This document shows, piece after piece, positions 1 to 8,927 of a DNA stretch of 60,896 nt. Numbering within the stretch: position 1 is the stretch's first letter; the number at the start of each line of letters is the position of its first letter. The stretch lies in NCBI GenBank assembly GCA_001829455.1, contig MIBH01000009.1:2263-63158 (forward strand), read 5' to 3'. Below the pieces are notes generated by a model. The model saw nothing but the letters and a program-made list of their open reading frames with translations, did no database searches and was not told the origin of the DNA. The translations under genes were made by a program, and so were the position numbers. Origin of the DNA: Spirochaetes bacterium RBG_13_51_14. GTDB lineage: Bacteria > Spirochaetota > UBA4802 > UBA5550.

Positions 1-774
1 ACTATTATAATCTGGTTCATTTAACGCTTCAACTGGCTTCATAGTAGGAAGGTATTTTAAAAAGTTATTTGAATAACAACTACCTATACCCGCTACTCCA
101 GCGTGTGGAACCGTTGGATATGCCTTAATACCATGTCCTCTGCATTCTTGGGCAATCGTAGGTCTTGAATAATTCATATCACCGGCATTCTCAAATTCTA
201 TGGTTCCATCGCTTGCCCACCAAAATCTATCAGGTGACCTAAAGTTAAAAAATTTACCATGCGCTTCTGTTGCCATAACCTCTAGATGTCCAAATTCATC
301 TTCTGTGCTGCATTCAGAGCAAGTAGGTTTGCGAACAACCAATAGTAAAATCTCGAAATCATTTTCATGTTGCTCAGCATTATCCCAATCTCTGGGTAAG
401 TAATAACCATAAACAATAAACCAATGCGTATAAGAGGAGACAACCGAGTAATAGGCTGCTCCTATTATCGGATAATTATTGGATGAAAAAAGATTGTCCC
501 AGTTATTTCGGAGGTTGAGATCACTGTCGTAATCATAGGTAGTAATTAAATCAGCTTTCCCCTTGCTTGACTGATACAGTACCGGCGCCCATCTATAGGC
601 GAGACGCTGCTCAAATTCAGTTGTAGAACTGATATACTCTTTATTGGTTTCATTTTGGATCGATGCGTTATAATCTTGGATTAAAGTAGTAAAATCACAA
701 GATATAGCAAAAGCAAAAATCCAGAAAACACTAAAACCTGTTAGCCAAATGAATAACAGTTTTTTTATCTTCAT
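1..774 (-). CDS. putative lipoprotein; the 3' end runs off the window, so 258 N-terminal codons are present
   Basis: Absent from the ORF track because no stop lies in the window. Reverse-strand ATG at 774-772 is preceded by AAGGAGGG. I checked every in-frame triplet to position 1 and found no stop. N-terminus MKIKKLLFIWLTGFSVFWIFAFAISC carries a lipobox. Confidence 0.6.
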   Translation of the reverse strand, partial: MKIKKLLFIWLTGFSVFWIFAFAISCDFTTLIQDYNASIQNETNKEYISSTTEFEQRLAYRWAPVLYQSSKGKADLITTYDYDSDLNLRNNWDNLFSSNNYPIIGAAYYSVVSSYTHWFIVYGYYLPRDWDNAEQHENDFEILLLVVRKPTCSECSTEDEFGHLEVMATEAHGKFFNFRSPDRFWWASDGTIEFENAGDMNYSRPTIAQECRGHGIKAYPTVPHAGVAGIGSCYSNNFLKYLPTMKPVEALNEPDYNS

Positions 775-917
775 ACACCCTCCTTGTAAAGCCCTCTTCA
801 GTATTGGCCCATGGGACAAAATAGGCATTATAATATCAAAGAAATTGCGCCTTATTCAGTACCGGCTCAAGAGACCGAATGGGCCGTATCGGTACTGGTT
901 AAAGCCCCCCATAGGCA

Positions 918-1000
918 TAAAGCCCCAAGAACAGGGACTTAAGATTTCGCGCGCCGGCCCGAAATTGATAAAGATTATATTTGAAGTGTATACATTTCCC
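918..1000. repeat. copy 1 of an ~85-bp repeat with a 22-nt identical hairpin core (ATTTCGCGCGCCGGCCCGAAAT, 944-965)
   Basis: The core is identical to 3060-3081. The flanks align at roughly 70 percent by eye. Confidence 0.6.
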
Positions 1001-1079
1001 GCCCGCTTAAAAATAAAACAACGGTTTGCTTAAATATCAAGAAATAAAGGTATTTTTTAGAAAAATTTAAACAAACCGT

Positions 1080-1334
1080 GAGGACATCCCGGAGGAAAAG
1101 CTGAAAAGCCGCTTCATCGAGGAGGCGAAAACCAAATCAGCCCGAGATATTCAGGAAGAGGCCAAAAAGCTGAAAATCAAGGATGGTCTTGCGAAGGAGC
1201 CCGAAGATATTGACAGGCTAGATAAGGCCTTTAATGGCCTCATGTGCGCGATCCCCGATAAGCTCACCGCCCCGGATAAAAAGAGAATCAAGTCGTATAT
1301 CAATAAATTAAGTTCCCTGTTGAGGAAGAAATAA
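1080..1334 (+). pseudogene. 3' fragment of an unknown gene (84 sense codons, no usable start)
   Basis: The frame opens just after a TAA and reads EDIPEEKLKSRFIEEAKTKSARDIQEEAKKLKIKDGLAKEPEDIDRLDKAFNGLMCAIPDKLTAPDKKRIKSYINKLSSLLRKK*. The composition looks coding, but the first in-frame ATG is about 55 codons in. Confidence 0.3.
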
Positions 1335-1851
1335 TTATAAATCGTATTATAATGAAAACAACAGATGCTCACGGTGCTCAATTACTGAAAGGGGATAATA
1401 TCCTAAAAAGGGGTATAAAGAAAGGGTAATGTAAAAAGTCGGTCGGACTGTCTTTTTTGAGGGAGAAGTCACTGACTATAGCATGTTAATTGTATTTAAG
1501 AAGAGAAATTCTGATGCAATGATTAAATTACATGGAACTTTTAGTAACCGGAATCGAAGCCCTCGGGCCAGTCCATAGATGATATATTCGCGCGCGCTCA
1601 AGCACATGGGGAGGGCTGAGTATTTCCCTCCCCATACTTAACCGCTCCTCATCCACACAAGAATACTCCCTACTTGGCAAGAAATAACCGGATTCTTATT
1701 TTTCAGTTTTAATTGCTTTTACCTGGGTAAAGTCGTTGAAATATAACGCTGGTATTGTTACATTGTACAACAGTGATTGATGCACACACTATTATTGCAA
1801 GAGAAGCTATAATTATGATTAGTTTATACTGTAATATTTAGGAATGAAAAA

Positions 1852-2073
1852 ATGAAAACGTTGACTATCAGATCCAATAAAATAAACCTTCCCTCCGAGA
1901 TAGCCAGGAAACTCGGCGGTAAAGAAGTCGAAATCCTTGAAACGCAGGAAGGCGTATTGTTACGGCCGATTGGAAGCGCCATCAAAATGACGCGCGGATT
2001 TTTAAAAGGCAAAGGCTCGTTCTCTTCAAAAAAATTTATGTCTAAAAAGAGCAAAGAGAAGGAACTTGAGTAG
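1852..2073 (+). CDS. vapB: AbrB/SpoVT-fold antitoxin (VapB-like)
   Basis: 73 aa. MKTLTIRSNKINLPSEIARKLGGKEVEILETQEGVLLRP is a swapped-hairpin (AbrB-type) motif. It ends 3 nt before the PIN gene. Confidence 0.85.
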   Translation: MKTLTIRSNKINLPSEIARKLGGKEVEILETQEGVLLRPIGSAIKMTRGFLKGKGSFSSKKFMSKKSKEKELE

Positions 2074-2076
2074 AAT

Positions 2077-2490
2077 ATGAAAAGCTATGTTCTCGATGCT
2101 TGCGCCGTAATTGCGTTCATCCTTGACGAAGAAGGTGCCGGTAAGGTTGAAAAATTGCTCTCCCTATCCTCGGAAAAGAAATGCTCTTTATTCATAAATA
2201 AAATAAATCTCCTCGAAATATACTATAACTTCCGTAAAGAATACGATGCGGGGACCCTTGAAGAGGCCTATTCCAGGATCCTCGGGCTGCCTGTCACGAT
2301 CATCGATTTCATCAGCGATGATGTTTTTTTCGAAGCTGGCCGATTGAAATCACAATACAGAATATCTCTTGCGGACGCTATTGCGCTCGCTGAAACGAAA
2401 ATACGGGGAGCCATGCTCGTTACTGCGGATCATCATGAGTTTGATGTTATTGATAAAAAAGAAAGCATAAAATTTCATTGGATTCGATGA
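2077..2490 (+). CDS. vapC: PIN-domain toxin (VapC-like ribonuclease)
   Basis: 137 aa. Acidic PIN residues sit in YVLDACAV, DEEG, LADAIALAE and TADHHEFD. Tightly coupled to the upstream antitoxin gene. Confidence 0.9.
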   Translation: MKSYVLDACAVIAFILDEEGAGKVEKLLSLSSEKKCSLFINKINLLEIYYNFRKEYDAGTLEEAYSRILGLPVTIIDFISDDVFFEAGRLKSQYRISLADAIALAETKIRGAMLVTADHHEFDVIDKKESIKFHWIR

Positions 2491-2505
2491 CAATACAAGT
2501 TTTCC

Positions 2506-2886
2506 TCACCTCTCCACATCCACACAAGCATACTCAATCTCCGCATACGCCTTCTCAATATTAATCTCAATCTCCTGAATTTTGACCTTCAATTCGTCGA
2601 TTTTCTCGTCCATGGTGGCGATATCCATGGGATTATCCATAGACTTCCGAATCTGTGAAAATTTCCAGAGCCGGTCTTTTAACAGGTACTTCCGGTCAAT
2701 GAACTTCCTGATAATAAACCCGTTCGTCTCAATTTGCCTCAGGGCTTTAATTTTTAGCGCGTCACGTTTATTATAGGAATCATTTATATCCCACACCTGG
2801 TTAATATTAAATGAAATCCCGATATGCGTTTCCTTTGTCTGCAGCTCTTCATTGGTACCGCGGCGCCCGAAGGTAACGGTAGGCAT
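2506..2886 (-). CDS. hypothetical protein with a coiled-coil C-terminus
   Basis: 126-aa ORF in the AT-rich segment. I recognise no motif. A fragment resembling its 3' end recurs near 1645-1675. Confidence 0.5.
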   Translation of the reverse strand: MPTVTFGRRGTNEELQTKETHIGISFNINQVWDINDSYNKRDALKIKALRQIETNGFIIRKFIDRKYLLKDRLWKFSQIRKSMDNPMDIATMDEKIDELKVKIQEIEINIEKAYAEIEYACVDVER

Positions 2887-3035
2887 GAGCTTAAGCAGGT
2901 CTCCTACCCGGAGTCTCTATGCCTTTAGAACCCTTGTATATCAAGGAATTTGTGACCTCAACAGATCCGGCTTACGAGACTGAATGAGCTTTATCTGCAC
3001 CTGCTCCTGTTCAGATAAAGCGACCTTCAACACAA

Positions 3036-3115
3036 AAAGCTCCGGACAGAGGCCTTGAAATTTCGCGCGCCGGCCCGAAATCGGGAAAATTAACGGTTGA
3101 ATTGTACTGGACCCT
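3036..3115. repeat. copy 2 of the ~85-bp repeat (identical 22-nt core at 3060-3081)
   Basis: Direct repeat of 944-965 with alignable flanks. Confidence 0.6.
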
Positions 3116-3163
3116 GGTCCTCCATGTTATGTGCTATAGCTTCTAACCTTCATCGACGAGGTG

Positions 3164-3207
3164 AAGCTGCAGTAGGTGCGGTCACGTGACCGCACCTACT
3201 GCAGCTT
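3164..3207. repeat. 44-bp perfect palindrome centred on CACGTG; possible terminator or protein-binding site
   Basis: AAGCTGCAGTAGGTGCGGTCAC / GTGACCGCACCTACTGCAGCTT. The right arm contains the last three codons and the TAG stop of the OmpA-like gene. No T-tract follows on either strand. Confidence 0.7.
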
Positions 3208-4383
3208 GATGATGATCTCAACCCTTCTGTTCTTTTGCCTTCCCTCTTTCGTGGCATTATCCGCGATCGGCTTGTCAGCGCCGAAACCGCGGTATGAGAG
3301 CTTATCCATGCCGGTCCGGGGCTTCAGGTACTTCGCAACAGATTTGGCCCGATCCCTTGAAAGGCCCTGGTTGTAATCCGCCCCGCCGATATTGTCCGTG
3401 TGGCCTTCCACGATGATCTCGCGGTCAGGATACTTCTTATTGAGGATATGACAAATCGCGTCGAGCTTGTCCCTGCTGTCGTTCCGGAGTTTTGCTGAAT
3501 CGAAATCAAAAAGCACATCGCCCAGCCGGAGGACCAGGCCCCGCTTGTCAGAGTCCACGTCCACTCCGTCCGGAATTTCCTGTTTGAGAGCGCGCTTCTC
3601 CTCCTCCTTCTGTTCCCGCGTCACCGGCTTATACATCTTCATGTTCGTATCGATGAGCATCTGGAACTCGTTGGTGCCGATCTTTTTCGTTTCCGTCGGG
3701 AAGAAGAAGACGATTCGATACTTCTCCTTCATGCGTACCGGCCGGTTTTGCGTGATATCCCACCAGACCGTCCCCTCGTTGTTGCCCATGATCTTGAGGG
3801 GAAAGTCGGGAGGATATTTTCCGCCCGACAGGTTCATGTCGATGAGAAACGCATAATTTATGACTGCGATCTCGCTGCCTTTCTTTTTCTCTATTCCCGT
3901 CAGTTGATATTCTGTCGGGAAGGTCAGCTTGAACGGCAGGGAAAAGTTGTTGAGGATAAGTTCCGCGTCCGCCGACCACTTGTCGCCTCTGCCGACATCC
4001 TTCCCCGGCAGCGTGGGAACGTTTCTCAAATTAGGCATATAATACTGTTTCGGGACCGTGAATCGCCCCAGCCGGTCAATGGCGAATTCAGACTGATACT
4101 GTTCGCGCTGATGGAACACCTCCTCGCCATTGTCGCGGTGATATACGGTAAAGCGCCCCTTCACGCTGCTGGATTCCGACGTGCTGTCGTAACAGGTGAG
4201 GTCTATGATATTCCGCTCCTCATAGACATTCTGCGCCCGGTCATTGACAAGGAATTTGACCTGGGCGGTGCGCGTTATTTCCAGGCGCTCGTTATTCGGG
4301 AAGTCCCACTTCAGAGTCACGGCAAAGGCCTGAAGAGAATAGCAGAGAACGAGCAGGACAAGGGTGGCAAGGGATGTTTTCAT
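3196..4383 (-). CDS. OmpA-family (peptidoglycan-binding C-terminal domain) exported protein
   Basis: Signal peptide MKTSLATLVLLVLCYSLQAFA. C-terminal OmpA_C signature FDFDSAKL..VEGHTDNIGGADYNQGLSRDRAKSV..GFGADKP..NRRVEI. Confidence 0.9.
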   Translation of the reverse strand: MKTSLATLVLLVLCYSLQAFAVTLKWDFPNNERLEITRTAQVKFLVNDRAQNVYEERNIIDLTCYDSTSESSSVKGRFTVYHRDNGEEVFHQREQYQSEFAIDRLGRFTVPKQYYMPNLRNVPTLPGKDVGRGDKWSADAELILNNFSLPFKLTFPTEYQLTGIEKKKGSEIAVINYAFLIDMNLSGGKYPPDFPLKIMGNNEGTVWWDITQNRPVRMKEKYRIVFFFPTETKKIGTNEFQMLIDTNMKMYKPVTREQKEEEKRALKQEIPDGVDVDSDKRGLVLRLGDVLFDFDSAKLRNDSRDKLDAICHILNKKYPDREIIVEGHTDNIGGADYNQGLSRDRAKSVAKYLKPRTGMDKLSYRGFGADKPIADNATKEGRQKNRRVEIIIKLQ

Positions 4384-4523
4384 GATTTCACCAGGTTGAT
4401 TGATGTGCGGGGTTCACCCCTTCATTTTCTATCGGCAGGAGGGTTATTTTAGTTGAGGATAATTCTTATGCCGATGGGATTCGGTGCTCGCGGCACCCCG
4501 AAACCTATCGCGGGAATAATCAC

Positions 4524-5264
4524 TTACCTCTTTTGCTGGTAATAGTTATAGTCGGACAGTACTTTCTCCAAGAATTCCTTCGGGTCCATCCCGGATGTAA
4601 CACCCATCAGTTCTTCCAGCCTGGCTTTGGTTTTCTTCATTATCTCTTTCGCTGATTTCGCCTTTCTGTTTTTATCCTCAAAGTCCAATACTTCTTTAAC
4701 GATCGTGACGGTTCTTTCATCCAGTTTGCCGGCTTCCTCAAAGACCGGCGTGTAGCTCTCGTCCAGCCGCACCAGAATCGTATCGCTCATCTTTACCCGC
4801 TGTCCGAGACGTATCACCGTGGTGCCGGCTGCGATGTCACCCAGCCGCTGTCCCTTTCCATTGATTAAAATCGTGATAACGGCCACGGCGCCTGAGAAAA
4901 ATCCTATATCGACGAGCCGCAGAACCCACCGTAGCAGGTAGCTTCCCACCGAGGGCTGGGTACCGTCGAGCTTCACCACCTTAATGCCGACAAGCTTCTT
5001 TGCGAAACTCTGGCCGTCCATGGTCGTCTCGCAGATCAGGTCGTAGAAGGGAAGCGGAAGCATCAGGAGTGCGAAATACAATACGGCCCATTCTTTGAGA
5101 AGTGCGACATACTTTTGAGCGGCGAAATAGCCGATCACAACCGCGATGGCATAGGCGATTATTATGATGGCGTCGATGAAGTACGCCAGGATCCGCTCGC
5201 CGACCCCGGCGATCTCATAGTCGATGGTCACGTTCTGCGCCGTTTCTATCGGTACCGTCTGCAC
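4524..5264 (-). CDS. RDD-family membrane protein
   Basis: GERILAYFIDAIIIIAYAIAVV plus further TM segments and the R..D..D pattern. GTG start lies 1 nt after the DUF58 stop. Confidence 0.75.
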   Translation of the reverse strand: MQTVPIETAQNVTIDYEIAGVGERILAYFIDAIIIIAYAIAVVIGYFAAQKYVALLKEWAVLYFALLMLPLPFYDLICETTMDGQSFAKKLVGIKVVKLDGTQPSVGSYLLRWVLRLVDIGFFSGAVAVITILINGKGQRLGDIAAGTTVIRLGQRVKMSDTILVRLDESYTPVFEEAGKLDERTVTIVKEVLDFEDKNRKAKSAKEIMKKTKARLEELMGVTSGMDPKEFLEKVLSDYNYYQQKR

Positions 5265-5265
5265 G

Positions 5266-6594
5266 CTAAATCAACCCCCTTGACTTGAGCTCGAGATACG
5301 TATTAATCGTATTCACCGTAAGGAGCTCCGGTGAGGTCAATATCGAATGTATGCCGTGCCTGTCAAGTTCCTTTACGATCTGCTTTTTCTCAAAGGCAAA
5401 TTTTTCCGCTATGGTTTTGATGTACATTTCTTCAATCGATTCCGCCGGCGTTTCGATGAACCAGTCCAGCTCCGTGTTGAGAAAAAATATCACCACCAGA
5501 ACATGACGTTTCGCCGTCATCGCAAGGAGCGGAAGATGCCTCCGCAGAGAGGACAGTGTCTCGAAATTGGTGTACAGAAGGAGGAGACACCGACGGTTCA
5601 ATTTACGTGATATCTCGGCGTAGAGCTGTTCGTAATTCGATTCCAGGAAACCGGTTCGGCATTTATACAGAAGCTCCAGTATCCTGAACATCTGCGCATA
5701 CTCGCGGCTGGCCGGCAGGATCGCCTCTATCTTGTCCGAAAAGGTGATGATGCCGGCGCGGTCCTCCCGCCGTATGGCCACGTTTGATATCACCAGGCTT
5801 GCGTTGATCGCGTAGTCGAGAAGCGTCATGGCGTTGAAGGGCATTTTCATGGCGCGGCCCATGTCAATGACAGAATACACATGCTGAGAGCGCTCGTCCC
5901 GGAACTGGTTCACCATGAGCTCGCTTTTCCGCGCCGTGGCCTTCCAGTTGATCTTCCGGTAATCGTCGCCCGTGATGTAGCGCCGTATCTGGTCGAATTC
6001 CATGGATGCCCCGATGCGCCGGATCTTCTTTATGCCCGCTTCCACCAGCCGGTTGGATACCGCAAAGAGATCGTATTTTCTCATCTGTATGATTGAGGGG
6101 TATACCGGGACCATGATTTCGCCCGAGAACCGGAAACGACGGACGGCGAGCCGGAGCGGCGACGACGCGAAAACATTGAGGGCTCCGAAAAAGTATTCGC
6201 CCCGCTCCACCGGCCTTACCGTGTAAGAATGCTCCTGCGTTCCGCCGGAGGGAATCGAGCCGGGTATTGTAAAATCGCGCTTCTGGAACTGGAAAGGGAG
6301 CTCGTCGATGATTTCAACCGATACCGGGAATGCGTACCAGTTCTCGACGCGGATGTCGATCCTGTTCTCATCGCCGTTCGAGAGCTTTTCCGGCGCAACA
6401 CGCCGGGCCTCGATGCCGGATACCAGGAAGAGCATCGCCATGTCCGCGACCGTGGCGATCACCAGCGAAACAAACACCATCTTTGCCGGGAAAAGCAGGG
6501 CCGGATAAAAGAACGCCGCCACGAATGAAAGAACGACAAGGGCGAGAATCATGAAAAAGCGCCGGCCGAAATAATGCGCCCTGATCCACTTCAC
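5266..6594 (-). CDS. DUF58-family protein (vWA-like, MoxR partner)
   Basis: IRRYITGDDYRKINWKATARKSELMVNQF is the DUF58 hallmark. Two N-terminal TM helices. The GTG start overlaps the MoxR stop (GTGA). Confidence 0.85.
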   Translation of the reverse strand: MKWIRAHYFGRRFFMILALVVLSFVAAFFYPALLFPAKMVFVSLVIATVADMAMLFLVSGIEARRVAPEKLSNGDENRIDIRVENWYAFPVSVEIIDELPFQFQKRDFTIPGSIPSGGTQEHSYTVRPVERGEYFFGALNVFASSPLRLAVRRFRFSGEIMVPVYPSIIQMRKYDLFAVSNRLVEAGIKKIRRIGASMEFDQIRRYITGDDYRKINWKATARKSELMVNQFRDERSQHVYSVIDMGRAMKMPFNAMTLLDYAINASLVISNVAIRREDRAGIITFSDKIEAILPASREYAQMFRILELLYKCRTGFLESNYEQLYAEISRKLNRRCLLLLYTNFETLSSLRRHLPLLAMTAKRHVLVVIFFLNTELDWFIETPAESIEEMYIKTIAEKFAFEKKQIVKELDRHGIHSILTSPELLTVNTINTYLELKSRGLI

Positions 6595-7580
6595 CGGGGC
6601 ACCTCGATTCCCTGCAGTATTTCCTCAATGATGTCCTCCGGCGTCCTTCCTTCCATCTCCTTCTCCGGAGTGAGAAGGAGGCGGTGCCGGAGGGCCGGGA
6701 ACGCCGCGGTCTGAATGTCCTCGGGCTTCACAAAGTCCCGCTGGCGCAGAACCGCGAGCGCCTTGGCGCCGTCCATGACGGCAAGTGACGCGCGCGGCGA
6801 TCCGCCCAGGTACAGGGCGGCGTGATTGCGCGTGCGGTGGATGATCTCGGCGATATATTTCATCACATTATCATCAATGTGAACGTTCTTGACCTTCTTC
6901 TGGCCGGCGATGATCTGCTTGCCGGTTACGACCCGCTTCACATCGGCAAGCTTGTCCCGCTCGCGCCTGGCGTGCGCTTCGGAGAGAATCCGGAACTCCT
7001 CCTCAAGCGAGGGGTATCCGATCTTGATTTTAAACAGAAAACGGTCGAGCTGGGCCTCGGGCAGGCGGTAGGTGCCTTCGTACTCGATGGGGTTCTGGGT
7101 CGCGAAGACGAGAAATGGCTCCTCGAGGAAATAGGTCTTCCCGTCCACCGTGACCTGCCGCTCCTCCATCACTTCGAAGAGCGCCGACTGGGTCTTGGCC
7201 GGCGCGCGGTTGATCTCGTCGATGAGCACCAGGTTTGAGAACACCGGGCCTTTCTTGAACTCGAAGTCGCCCCGTTTCACGTTGAAGACCGTGGTGCCGA
7301 TGATATCGGACGGCATCAGGTCCGGCGTGAACTGTATTCTCGAGAAGTCAATGGACATGGTCATGGACAGGAGCTTCGCCGTAAGCGTCTTGGCGATGCC
7401 CGGCACTCCTTCCAGGAGCACATGGCCGTTGGCCAGAACCGCGGCCAGGAGCAGTTCAATCATCTGGTCCTGCCCCACGATGACCTTCTTCAACTCGCCG
7501 GTGATTTTCGCGTTTGTCTGGTTCAGCTCGGTAAGTTTGATTCTCTCGTTAAAGCGCACATCTCCGCTCATAGTAAACAC
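6591..7580 (-). CDS. MoxR-family AAA+ ATPase
   Basis: Walker A GVPGIAKT, Walker B LVLIDEINRA, and typical MoxR length and C-terminus. Confidence 0.92.
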   Translation of the reverse strand: MFTMSGDVRFNERIKLTELNQTNAKITGELKKVIVGQDQMIELLLAAVLANGHVLLEGVPGIAKTLTAKLLSMTMSIDFSRIQFTPDLMPSDIIGTTVFNVKRGDFEFKKGPVFSNLVLIDEINRAPAKTQSALFEVMEERQVTVDGKTYFLEEPFLVFATQNPIEYEGTYRLPEAQLDRFLFKIKIGYPSLEEEFRILSEAHARRERDKLADVKRVVTGKQIIAGQKKVKNVHIDDNVMKYIAEIIHRTRNHAALYLGGSPRASLAVMDGAKALAVLRQRDFVKPEDIQTAAFPALRHRLLLTPEKEMEGRTPEDIIEEILQGIEVPR

Positions 7581-7652
7581 CCTCTTTTGTTATATTGTCA
7601 ATCCGGAAGTCCTGGCGCCCGCGGCCGCCCTTTCCGCCGGTCCGCACCGCCG

Positions 7653-8876
7653 TCAGGAGCCGCTGTTCCCCCGCGTGCCGTACACCGGCCGGGTCGCGAC
7701 CGCCGCACCGGCGGCATGCTTGAACTCTTCAATGAGACCGTTGAGCCGCATCAGCTCTCCATCGGTCACGGCACTCCTCGTCCGGACCACGTCGATAAGG
7801 TCAAAGAGCCGCCGCGCCATATACCGGGGCGCGCCCGTCCCGCTCGAAACGCGCTCGTAAAAACTCTCGTCGCGATGGAGCGCGTCAATCTGGAACCGCG
7901 AGCTGATGAAATCATAGAAATAGAGTATCTTTTTTTCAGCAATATTTTTATGATCCCCACGCTGGTAATAGAGCCTGCCCACGGTCTTGATAAAATCAAG
8001 CGTGGCGTTGCCCAAGGGAAGAATTACCGGGATTGCCCGCTGCTTTCGGCGCGCCCTGAAGGCGATGAACAGCGCCAGACCCGCCAGGCCCGTATAGTAC
8101 GCCCAGGCCAGGGGTTCGCGGGAAAGCACATAGCGCAGCGGCGTTCCCGGCGCCGCGCGTGACGATTTATAGTACTCGTCCCAGAAGGTCCGCCGCACCG
8201 GCAGGTACGACAGTGACCTGAACACGTATTCTGCGTTGTTATTCAAGAGAATGTTATGGTTGGTGTAGACAAAGGGGAGCGAGCTCAGAAAGAAGGCGCC
8301 TCTGCCGTGACGGATTTGTATGTAGTTCACTCCTCGCCGCTCGTTCATCCCGAGCACCGCAGCGCCCGTTCTCCGGAATGAGAGGAACCGGATGTTGGCC
8401 GCGCCGCGGGTGCAGATATAATTCCTCCGTGCAGCGAGGCCCCGGTTTGCAAGATTGATTCCCATCCGGTCCGCAAGGACGTCCTCCGGCGCCGTCCCGA
8501 GAGAGAGACGGCTCGCGAATTCTCCCTGATAATAGCCGGCGGCGATGAACACGCTGTTCCCCTCGGAAACGAAGCGCATCAGCTCATCCGTATCGGGCTT
8601 GTCCAGATCGACGGTATTATCAATGATGACGTAATTTGCGCCCCGGTACGACTTGCCTTTCAGGGTGTCATAGATCGAGTCGTGAACGGTTAATACCGGC
8701 GCTCCCGGAAAAAGGTCGGGAAGGAGCTCATACAGTATATACGCGCCGTAGGGGATTTTATCGGCCCGGGAAAAACTCATGGACCAGTCGACCGGTTGTG
8801 GCACAATCAGCTGAACCGCGACAAAGATCGCAACGCAGACTGTCAACGCCAAAATGTAAATAATTGTTTTCTTCAC
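7653..8876 (-). CDS. DUF4350-like membrane-anchored protein
   Basis: N-terminal TM, a second TM near residue 250, position in the MoxR cluster. GTG start. Family assigned from memory of this cluster type. Confidence 0.65.
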   Translation of the reverse strand: MKKTIIYILALTVCVAIFVAVQLIVPQPVDWSMSFSRADKIPYGAYILYELLPDLFPGAPVLTVHDSIYDTLKGKSYRGANYVIIDNTVDLDKPDTDELMRFVSEGNSVFIAAGYYQGEFASRLSLGTAPEDVLADRMGINLANRGLAARRNYICTRGAANIRFLSFRRTGAAVLGMNERRGVNYIQIRHGRGAFFLSSLPFVYTNHNILLNNNAEYVFRSLSYLPVRRTFWDEYYKSSRAAPGTPLRYVLSREPLAWAYYTGLAGLALFIAFRARRKQRAIPVILPLGNATLDFIKTVGRLYYQRGDHKNIAEKKILYFYDFISSRFQIDALHRDESFYERVSSGTGAPRYMARRLFDLIDVVRTRSAVTDGELMRLNGLIEEFKHAAGAAVATRPVYGTRGNSGS

Positions 8877-8927
8877 TTCACCACTTTACCATGGTTTACT
8901 TGTATACGATCAAGCCTTCAGGCGGAA

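Noticed and set aside
749-1381. ORFs 749-1033 (+) and 1151-1381 (-) in the AT-rich segment.
   Set aside because: The first starts inside the lipoprotein gene's 5' end, has no SD, and runs through the repeat element. The second is antisense to a better-looking coding fragment and has odd composition.
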